Below are positions 54,127-64,000 of a stretch of DNA of 64,000 nt, in pieces (position 1 is the stretch's first letter; every line of letters begins with the position of its first letter). Source of the DNA: Octopus sinensis (Eukaryota); the NCBI RefSeq assembly GCF_006345805.1, contig NC_043011.1, positions 39,506,464 to 39,570,463 of the forward strand, in the 5' to 3' direction. The notes below the pieces were generated by a model. It made no database searches. It was not told the origin of the DNA and saw nothing but the letters and a program-made list of their open reading frames with translations. A program made the translations under genes and the position numbers.

Positions 54127-55866
54127 TCCTTTCAACTATAGGAACAAGACCTGAGATTTTGAGGGAAGAGACTAGGGAATTACACCAACCACTGTGCCCA
54201 ACTTGTACTATTTTAGCAAACCCAAAAAAGGATGAAAAACAAAGCTGACCTTGGTGGAATTTGAACTCAGAATGCATAGTCAGATGAAATGTCCCTAAGC
54301 ATTTTGTCTGGTGTGCTAATGATTTTGCCAGCTTGCTACAACAACAACATCAGCAGCAGCAGCAGCAACAACAACAACGACAATAGCAATCCTTTCTATT
54401 GGAAGTACAAGGCCTCAAATTTGGGGGAAGGGATTAAGTCGATTACATCAATCCCCAATGCATAACTGGTACTTGTTTAATTGACCCCAAAAGGATGAAA
54501 GACAAAGTCGACCCCAGCGGAATTTGAACTCAGAACGTAACGGCAAGACATGGTACCTATTTCTTTACTACCCACAAGGGGCTAAACATAGAGGGAACGA
54601 ACAAGGACAAACGGATTAAGCCGATTATATTGACCCCAGTGCATAACTGGTACTTAATTTATCGACCCCCGAAAGCATGAAAGGCAAAGTCGGCCTCAGC
54701 GGAATTTGAACTCAGAACGTAGCGGCAGACGAAATACAGCTACGCATTTCGCCTGGCGTGCTAACAATTCTGCCAGCTTGCCACAACAACAACAACAACA
54801 ACAGCAACAATAACTATAATAACAACAGCAGCAACAACAACAACAACAACAATAGGAAATTTAATATCAATTGAAAATTAGCCACAACAAGGACACTAAT
54901 GGCAGACTTAAGATCAAATATTGGTAACGAAAAGCATCAATAATGACAGCCACAACAAAATGAAAGCTATACAAATTACATTAAAAGTGAATAACAATAA
55001 CAACAACTATAACATTACATGAACAAAAACAATAACAAACACCAGTCAATAGAATTATTAGTGAAGTGTGAAGTGAAAGCAACAACAATAAAACAAGCCA
55101 ATGAAGTAGGCCTCTACATAGACAGGTGATCTGCTAGAAAGAGCAGCCAAACCACCCTCAAATCACACCTTACTATCTTTGAAGAGTATGCATTGAATAA
55201 AGGCGGTGAGCTGGCAGAAACGATAGCACGCTGGGCAGAACGCGTAGTCGTATTTCGTCAGCCGTTATGTTCTGAGTTCAAATTCCGCCAGGGGTCGACT
55301 TTGCCTTTCATCCTTTCGGGGTCGATAAATTAAGTACCAGTTACGCACTGGGGTCAATGTAATCGACTTAATCCATTTGTCTGTCCTTGTTTGTCCCCTT
55401 TATGTTTAGCCCCTTGTGGGTAGTAAAGAAATAGAAACGTTAGCAAACCGGGCGAAATGCTTAACGGTATTTTGTCTGCCACTATGTTCTGAGTTCAAAT
55501 TCTGCCGAGGTCAACTTTTCCTTTTATCCTTTTGGGGTCGATTAAGTAAGTACCAGTTACGCACTGGGGTCGATATAATCGACTTAATCCGTTTGTCTGT
55601 CCTTGTTTGTCCCCTCTGTGTGTAGCCCCTTGTGGGCAGTAAAGAAATAAGAAATGTTAGCACGCCGAGCGAAATGCTTAGTGGTATTTTGTCTGCCGTT
55701 ATGTTCTGAATTCAAATTCCGCCAAAATCAACTTTGCCTTTCATCCTTTCGGGGTCGATAAATTAAGTACCAGTTACGCACTGGGGTCGATATAATCGAC
55801 TTAATACCTTTGTCTGTTCTTGTTTGTCCCCTCTATGTTTAGTCCCTTGTGGACAATAAAGAAATA
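54127..55866. mobile_element. Inverted clusters of family A SINE multimers
   Basis: minus copies 54127-54783, plus-strand trimer 55201-55866. Confidence 0.85.
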
Positions 55867-56511
55867 AGAAGAGTATGCATTGAATGATGTGGTCTTGTGT
55901 TCTTGCGTTGCTTGTACACAGGGAAAAAGATGTGATGGTCGTGGATGGAATACTTTGGATTAAAGGTTGGCTCTAGACATTTGGGGATGACCTGGAGACT
56001 GAAACAACAACAACAACAACAACACAAACAACACTATAGTTTATGTAAAACATCACTGTTGTCAAGAACAACAATAAAAATGAGCAGCAGCAGCAACGAC
56101 AACAACAGCAGCAGCTCATCATCACCAAAACCACCAATGTCACCATGACCACCACCACCACCATTACCACTGCCACCATCATCATTATCATCACCACCTC
56201 CACCAACAACACCACTGCTGCTATCATCATCATCATCATCATCATCATCACTACCACCACATACACCATCATTGCCATGACCACCACCACAACCACCATC
56301 AGCATCACCATCATCACTACTACTACCACCACCACCACCACCATCATCATCATCAACATCACCACATACACCACCACCACCACTATGAACATTATCATCA
56401 AACTCCACAATTAAATATTAAATGAAATGTAATCTACCTGCGCACCCACCCCACCCTCTTCGAAATTGTGCCAAAATTTAAAAAATTATCATATTTATTA
56501 TTGTCATTTGA

Positions 56512-56959
56512 AGGTGACGAGCTAGCAGAATCATTAGCGTGCTGGATGAAATGCTTAGTGGTATTTCGGCCATTGCTACGTTCTGAGTTCAAATTCCGCC
56601 GAGGTCAACTTTGCCTTTCATCTTTTCGGGGTTGATAAATTAAGTACCAGTTGTGTACTGGGTCGATATAATTGACTATCCCCCTCTACCAAATTTCAGA
56701 CCTTGTGCCTATAGTAGAAAGGATTATTATTATTATCACTGAGGGAGGCGAGCTTGCAGAATTGTTAGCATGGTGAACGAAATGCTTAGCAGTATTTTGC
56801 CTGTCACAATGTCCTGAGTTCAAATTCCGCCATGGTCAACTTCGCCTTTCATCCTTTCAGGGGTCAATAAATTAAGTACTAGTTGAGTACTGGGATCGAT
56901 GTATTCGACTAGTCCCCTCCCCCAAAATTCCAGGCCTTGTGCCTTTAGTAGAAAGGATT
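56512..56959 (+). mobile_element. Two tandem family A SINEs
   Basis: heads at 56512 and about 56745. Confidence 0.85.
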
Positions 56960-57258
56960 AATATTATTGTCATTTGAAGGGGAAGGTGGGGGTTGTGTGT
57001 TTATCAAAAGGTGGTCAAAAGTGGCAAGACTGATGAGACCGAATGGACCAACTCTGAGTGTGGTTTTCTAAGCAGGAGGAAAGAAACTGGAAGAGGGCGC
57101 TTACCTATGCTTTGCAGATGGCAGAGTAATCTGGGAATTTTAACAGGGGTTTAACCCAAATTACCCTAAGTAGACTGCCCCGCTATTGGGGATTCTAATT
57201 GTTGATTTATTTATTATTTTCTTCTTTAATTTCTATTGTATATCCTCTGTTATATTCC

Positions 57259-57954
57259 TTAACCCTTTTGATACCAACCCAGCTGAAATTGCCTCTGGCT
57301 CTGTAGTACAAATGTCTCTTGTTTTCAAAAGTTCTGAGTGAAAATCTTCCACCAAACATTAGTCACAATTTATGTTCCTACTGCTAGCTGAATGATAACT
57401 AAGTTATTTTACTAAATCTTTTGATATATTCAAAATTGATTGAAAAAAACACAGAGCATCTCAAGAGAAATATGGTAACAAAAGCATTAAAGTCACCATA
57501 TTTTTAACCCTTTCGATACCAACCCAGCTGAAAACACTTCTGGCTCTGTAGTACAAATGTCTTGTTTTCATAAGTTCTGAGTGAAAACCTTCCACCAAAC
57601 CTTAGTCACAATTTATGTTCCTAACACTAGCTTAATGATAACTAAGTTATTTTACTAAATTCTTTGATATATTCAGAATAAATTGAAAGAAACACAGATC
57701 ATCTCAAAATAAATACAGTTACAAAAGGGTTAAAGTCACCATGATATTTTTAAATCACCTCTAGCTCTGTAGTACAAATGTCTTGTTTTTGTAAGTTCTG
57801 AATTAAAATCTTCCACCAAACCTTAGTAACAATTTACATTCCTAACTCTAGCTTAATGATAACTAAGTTATTTTACTAAATTTTTTGTTATGTTTACAAT
57901 TAATTGAAATAAACACAAAACATCTCAACAGAAATATGGTAACAAAAGGGTTAA
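57259..57954. mobile_element. Three tandem copies of a piggyBac-like MITE (about 245-bp period)
   Basis: TTAA-CCCTTT..TACC ... GGTAACAAAAGGG-TTAA ends, shared spacer agtcaccat. Confidence 0.75.
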
Positions 57955-58860
57955 TGTGGTGATATCTTCCTTTGATCAATGTAAACCCCACCCTCACCTG
58001 ATTTTGTTTTTGTATTTATCATCTTCGTGGGAGTGATAATGGTAGTGGTGGTAATGATGATGATGATGATGATGATGACGATGATGTTGAAGTGGTTGAC
58101 AATAACGGCAGTAGTGGTGGTTGTGGTGGTTGTGGTGGTGGTGGTGAAAATTATGATGGCAATTGTGATGATGATGATCATGATGGTGAAGATGACGTTG
58201 GTGAAGATGATGATGATGCTGATGATTATGATGCTGCTGCAGATGATAATAATGATTATGATGATGATGATGGGAATGGTGATGGCGGAGAAGACGGTGG
58301 TGAAGATGATGATGATGATGATGAGGATGAGGATGATGACAATGATGATGATGATGCTGATCATGATCATGGTAAAGCAAGATTAAAATATGATGAGGAC
58401 AATGGTTGTTACTACGTACCTCTTTTTTGGTGGGGTAAAAAAAGTTTTTCTGATTTTTCAAACCAAACATCGAAAACTTTGAATGCACAAAGAGAAAAAA
58501 ATAAAGAAAAGAGTTGGGGGTGGGGAGGAAGCTAGAAAGGTGTAAGAAATTAGAAATTTGTTGCATTGAAACGGAATAAAAAGACAAGCAAAAATAAAAT
58601 AATAATGTATTTTAGAAGAAAAGTAAAAGAATAAAACAGAAAAAAAATTATTCAAAAGAACCCGACACGCACACGCAGAGAGGAGAAAAAAAATCATAAA
58701 ACTTCAAAAGAATTTTAATTAATTAACAAGAAGAGATAATCACATTGCTGTTAATATTTCTTAAGGTGAAAACAACAGCTGTAACAATAACAGCAGAGGT
58801 AGGACTTCTGAGTGGTCAAGTAACCCACTAGAAATAGCTACCAAATAATAATAATGATAA

Positions 58861-59315
58861 TCCTTTCTACTATAGGTACAAGGTCTGGCATTTTCGGGGT
58901 TGGTGGGACTAGTTGATTACATCGACCCTAGTGTGTAACTGGTACTTAATTTATCGACCCCAAAAGGATGAAAAGCAAAGTCAGCCTTGACAGAATTTGA
59001 ACTCAGAATGCAGTGACAGGTGAAATACCTATTTCTTTATTACCCACAAGGGGCTAAACACAGAGGGGACAAACAAGGACAGACATAGGTATTAAGTCGA
59101 TTAGATCGACCCCAGTGCGTAACTGGTACTTAATTTATCGACCCCGAAAGGCAAAGTCGACCTCGGCGGAATTTGAACTCACAACGTAACGCAGACGAAA
59201 TACGGCTACGCATTTCGCCCGGCGTGCTAACGTTTCTGCCAGCTCGCCGCCTTTTATGACAGGTGAAATACCACTAAGCATTTTACCCAGCATGTTAACG
59301 ATTCTGGTAGCTCAC
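58861..59315 (-). mobile_element. Young family A SINE nested in an older copy
   Basis: tgacaggtgaaatacc duplicated at about 59014 and 59257 around the inner copy. Confidence 0.8.
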
Positions 59316-59767
59316 ATCTTACTACTAATAATAATAATTATTTTTAATTTTTGCCACAAGGACAGCTTGGTGTGGATGAGTTGATTACATTCGACCCCAG
59401 TGTTTCATTGGTACTTAATTTATCAACTTAATTTATCAACCTGCATGGGAGCCAGGGCCGCCGCATTGGCTCCCATGCAGGTAGCACGTAAAAACACCTT
59501 TGAGTGTAGTCATTGCCAGAACTGCCTGATTGGCCCTGGTGCCGGTGGCATGTAAAAGCGCCCACAGTACTCTTGGAGTGGTTGGTGTTAGGAAGGGTAT
59601 CCAGCTGTAGAAACTTTGCCAGATCAGATTGAGCCTGGTGCAGCCTCTGGCTCACCAGTCCTCAGTCAAACTGTGCAACCCATGCCAGCATGGAAAACAG
59701 ACGTTAAATGATGATGATGAAAATTTAAATGAACATACATAAACATAAAATAAAATACAGTATGTAT

Positions 59768-59894
59768 AAGAGGTGCCTACACATGTTTCAATCTGGTCAC
59801 TATGTGAAAAGTGCTTGGAAATATTCGAACCATGTTAATAGTTTCAGATTTAAAAAATAACAGCAAAGTGTCCAGGTATCTTCAGGGTTATCTT
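59768..59894 (-). ncRNA. Type I hammerhead-like motif with long stem II
   Basis: minus strand ACC-CTGAAGA-..CTGGACACT...AGTGACCAG..-GAAA-CATGTG-TA-GG. Confidence 0.6.
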
Positions 59895-60665
59895 ATTCAA
59901 AAGGATAAGGCCTACATATATATTCCACAGCAGAAGTATTAAGACCGGTCCCTCTGGTGGTGTAATGCATTCATGGCGATAAACACCTGTGTCACAGAAC
60001 ATAAATGTGCTAATGTGGAGCCACATAAAAACACCCGTGTGGTGTCATGTAAAAGCACACTCTGTAAAGTGTTTGGTGTTAGCAAGGGTATCCAGCCATA
60101 GTAACCCCGCTAAATGAGACTGGAATCTGGTGCAGCTCTCCAGTTTGCCTGCTCTGCTCAAGCCATCCAACCCATACCAGAATGGACAACAGACGTTAAA
60201 TGATGATGATGATGATGATGATCATGATGATAATGATCATGATGATCATGATGATAATGATAAGGAACACTCTGTTGGTTACAAGGATCCCAGCTAATAT
60301 GATCAACGGAAAAGCTTGCACATTAAATTAATGTGCAAGTGGCTGAGCACTCCACAGACACGTGTACCCTTCACGTAGTTCTCAGGGAGATTCAGCAAGA
60401 CACAGAGTGTGACAAGGCTGGCCCTTTGAAATACAGGTACAACTCATTTTTGCCACCTGAGTGGACTGGAGCAATAAGAAATAAAGTGTCTTGCTCAAGG
60501 ACACAATGCGTCACTGGGAATTGAACTCAGGACCTTACAATCGTGAGCCAAATGCCATAACCACTAAGCCACATGTCTTCACAATGATGACATATGTATA
60601 TATACTAGCAGCTAAGCCTGGTTTCACCTGGTTAGTTTTGATGATGTGGCTGTAAAACCTGCTCT

Positions 60666-61067
60666 GTGACTTGGTCTGAGATCATGTGCAGGAACGAAAA
60701 CAATTGCAGCGTGGAAGGTGTTTATAAGCCATTTAAGAAACACACAAAAACTGTTATATTCACTTCAACATTTAAATTTAATTTGTCAAAATATTTTCGT
60801 CACTTTGAGACTGTGACCTCTTCAATGACAAAACTTTGTGCTGATGCAGCACGAAGTTTTGTCAGTGAACAGGTCGTGGTCTCAAAGTGATGCACAAAGT
60901 TTTGTCAGTGAACAGGTCGTGGTCTCAAAGTGACGAAAATATTTTGACAAATTAAATTTAAATGTGGAAGTGATTATAACGGTTTTTGTGTGTTTCTTAA
61001 ATGGCTTATAAACACCTTCCATGCTGCAATTGTTTTCGTTCCTGCACACGATCTCAGATCAAGTCAC
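60666..61067. mobile_element. About 400-bp palindromic Penelope-like element with a hammerhead motif in each arm
   Basis: arms about 175 bp; TTTGTCA-TTGAAGA-G-GTCAC..GTGAC-GAAA-ATAT-TT-TGACAAA at 60782-60832(-), decayed twin 60901-60951(+); 43-bp central tandem duplication. Confidence 0.75.
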
Positions 61068-61088
61068 TCGCTATGCAAGTACATCTCC

Positions 61089-61133
<45 letters not shown>

Positions 61134-61246
61134 ACACATGCAAATATAAGAAATTTGATGCAAAACCATTAAGCAGTTAAAAAAGGAAAAGCGAATGAAA
61201 TGCTACCATTAACTTTGGTTATTAGTGAGAACAGAAGACTGGTGTG

Positions 61247-61285
<39 letters not shown>

Positions 61286-61545
61286 AACAGAGAGACCGAG
61301 AAGAAAATGAAGCAGTAACAGAAACATCAACAACAGTTGCAGCAGCAGCAGCAGCAAGAACAACAACAGCTACATCAACAACAAGAACAACTGCAGCACA
61401 AACAAAAAGACAACAGCGGCAGCAACAACAACAACAATGGCAACAGCAGCAGCACCAGCTAAAACAACAATAGCAGCAACAACAATAACAACAACGACAG
61501 CAGCAACAACAACAAGTAAACAGTGAAAAGTCGTTGTTGACTTAC

Positions 61546-61646
61546 TTTTCCCCAATGGCGGTTGGAGGGAATGTGTAGCTTTCTGGTAAAGAATCAGTCT
61601 TCATCACTGGATAAGCATGGATGGGCACAATCACATTCTCCTCTTC
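61546..61646 (-). CDS. CFAP221: CFAP221/PCDP1 internal exon A (EEENVIVPIHAYPVMKTDSLPESYTFPPTAIGE)
   Basis: ttttattgacag acceptor, gtaagt donor, 101 nt, phase 0 to 2; VPIHAYPVM motif recognised from vertebrate PCDP1. Confidence 0.9.
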
Positions 61647-62233
61647 CTGTCAATAAAATATAAAGAAAAAACAAAAAGAAAAACTGCATCATTTTCATAA
61701 AAGGTTAGCCACTAAGTTACTATGGTTACCACGATATGCTGAGGCTTTGTTAAGAAAAAAAATTATAATTTTCATAGATGCAGGTGTAGCTGTGTGGTAA
61801 GAAGCTTGCTTCCCAATCACATGATTCTAGGTTCAGTCCTGTTGCATGGCACCTTGGACAGGTGTCTTCTACTATAGCCTCAAGCTGACTAAAGCCATGT
61901 GAGTAGATTTGGTTGGTGGAAACTGAAAGAAGCCTATTGTACATACATATATATATATATATATTATAGATGAAATTTATAGAAAGACAAAGACAAGTGT
62001 ATGAACAACAAGCAGGTGTATTAGTTTGATGCTCGGGAAAGTGAAAAAGTCTTTTACATTTCGAGCCTATGCTCCTAAGCAGAAAGGAATACGAGAAAAT
62101 AAAAAGAGAGAAAATAAAAATAAAACTTGTGAATTTAACGGTCAAGCATGTGACTGATTAGATAAAAAGTTTGACAGAAGAGGTTGAAACTAGAGGAGAT
62201 AATAAAGTATTGGTGATCCCAAGTCGAAGGTGC

Positions 62234-62293
<60 letters not shown>

Positions 62294-62505
62294 AGGAGCT
62301 GGTGACTTTGATGTCTGTGGATGTGTGCATGTGTAAGTGTGCGTGTCTCTTAACATGTGGGTGTGTGGATGATGGTGTGTGGGTGTGCAGATGATGGTGT
62401 GGGTGCTGGGAAGTGGTCAGTGTTAGTGTGTGTGGTAACCAGGATTTGAACTCAGAACATAAAAATGTCAGAACAAATATGAATATCATTTATTGTCACT
62501 GCCCA

Positions 62506-62833
62506 GGGACACAGCATAGTGGATAAAGGCATTAGTTGATGCAGTACAGTCACCTAGAGGTTCTGAGTTCAGTCCCAGTCAAGGCACTAAGGAGAATTCA
62601 CAAAAAATGTCATGAAACAGCGTGTGGAATGAGAACAGTGTACCCCAGCAGATCAAAGAAAGAGTTGGCTTTGAAATTCCAATACAAGAACCAAGTTTGA
62701 CACAAGACACCAGAAGAAGGTTGGAGCATACAACAGCCAAAATGTAGTGAAAGCAATAATCAAGATGAGGACACCAGTCTGGCTAATATAAACAGTATAC
62801 ATAATATGAATTCTTCATCTAACCAATATAGAA
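62506..62833 (+). mobile_element. Diverged relative of the tRNA-headed hammerhead element
   Basis: box A/B-like head; shares ggaatgagaac, caagacacc, caagatgaggaca and aatatagaa blocks with 19348-19615. Confidence 0.65.
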
Positions 62834-63232
62834 TTGAATATCATTTTGTTTGAAACTCCAACATCTCTGCAAATTCACTGCTGTAAGAATGGCAAAAGTG
62901 TAAGAATATCATATCAGATACCTGGTAATATTTATTTTGGGTTTTTATACTCTATGTTACAATTCCACCATGGCCTACCTGAGTGGTTGCATGAATCCGT
63001 CACCCAGTTTCATACCACTGCCATCTGGTACCCTCTTCAGGTATTTATCAGCAGAATCTTTTCTTTTGCATGCACGCATTTCAGTGCCAGGTTTTGAGTC
63101 TGAAGGTACCATCCTCCTTGCCACCCTCCCATTAGTCTCGGAAATGTTAAGAGCCATGTGTACCACCTTCCTCACAGACTAATGGATTAAAAAGGAAAAA
63201 GAATTATAGCAAAATGTGTCAATGCACTCCTA

Positions 63233-63631
63233 TTTGATTTCCAGAGTAACAATGAAGTCAAAATGATTGAGAGCAACTAAAGAAGAGTATAATTTAGTTA
63301 CTATTTTTAGCAGTTTGAACAACCACATAGAAAGTTACGTTTGTTGGGTTCTTTTTGATTTTCAGAGTAACATGAAGTCAAAACGATTGAGAATCCTTGA
63401 AGAAAAATATACTCGGCTACTATTTTTAGCAGTTGGAACAACAACAAAGAACCTCTCTTTCTTTTCCTGTCTTTGTAGTAAGTGACACTAATTTATTTGA
63501 GCTCCAGGGTAACATGAACCCAAAAGAAATGAGAACTGTTAAAGAAGAGTGTACTTGGACTACTATTTCTAGCAGATGGAGTAGCACATTAAAGCTCTCT
63601 CTCTCTCTTTCTCTTTCTCTCTTTCTCTCTT

Positions 63632-63664
<33 letters not shown>

Positions 63665-63719
63665 CTACCTACCTACCTACCTACATATTTATCTATCTAT
63701 CTATTTATCTATCTATCTA

Positions 63720-63762
<43 letters not shown>

Positions 63763-63930
63763 AATCTATCTATCTATCTTTCTATCTCTATCTCTCTTAT
63801 GCTACTTATATGGCATATGACACTAAGTTCTTTGATTTTCAAAATAGCATGAAGCCAAAAGGGACAAGAACCACTAAAGACAAGTGTAATTTAGCTACTA
63901 TTTCTAGCGAGGAGAGCAACCACAATGAAG
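63233..63930. repeat. Degenerate 120-140 bp tandem repeat (4 units) interrupted by (CT)n/(CTAT)n
   Basis: ttgatttt.cagagtaacatgaagtcaaaa..aaagaagag..ctattt.tagcag units at about 63233, 63355, 63497, 63833. Confidence 0.75.
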
Positions 63931-64000
63931 CTTAAATTATTTTTTCTTTCTTATTTTTTTTTTTATATGTTTACCTTTTTTTCATTTCTGCACTAAATGG

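Noticed and set aside
57105-57165. Exon-like segment ending in gtaagc on minus strand
   Set aside because: Stops in all frames; exons A and B join in phase without it
62975-63175. 66-aa minus ORF as upstream CFAP221 exon
   Set aside because: Lacks the expected PDEWRYYYD-like motif; unassigned
261-63720. Most ORFs in the supplied track (poly-I, YI, CV, HT, M-rich)
   Set aside because: Translations of microsatellites or SINE sequence; no splice context or domain signal
63233-63930. CRISPR-like or regularly spaced array
   Set aside because: Eukaryotic context; whole units are homologous with no unique spacers

Overview
AT-rich, microsatellite- and retroelement-saturated eukaryotic DNA; the repeat complement (tRNA-headed SINEs, RTE, CR1, Dong/R4, Tx1, maT) looks like an octopus/coleoid cephalopod genome (inference). 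Nearly all supplied ORFs are microsatellite artefacts. Reading the minus strand reveals ten GT-AG internal exons (61646 to 5038, 1072 nt, splice phases all compatible) encoding about 357 aa that I recognise as CFAP221/PCDP1, a ciliary central-pair protein; its start and stop lie outside the identified exons. The most unusual signal is in the introns: roughly 15 type-I hammerhead-ribozyme-like motifs (stem I, CUGANGA, stem II, GAAA, palindromic stem III, NUH, stem I') in about ten different short non-coding element families, many with Penelope-like inverted/tandem architecture and inserted in (TA)n. One family combines a tRNA/Pol III head with a hammerhead and forms a head-to-head palindrome that duplicated the intronic part of a CFAP221 splice donor. 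All family names are from recognition of motifs, not from database searches.
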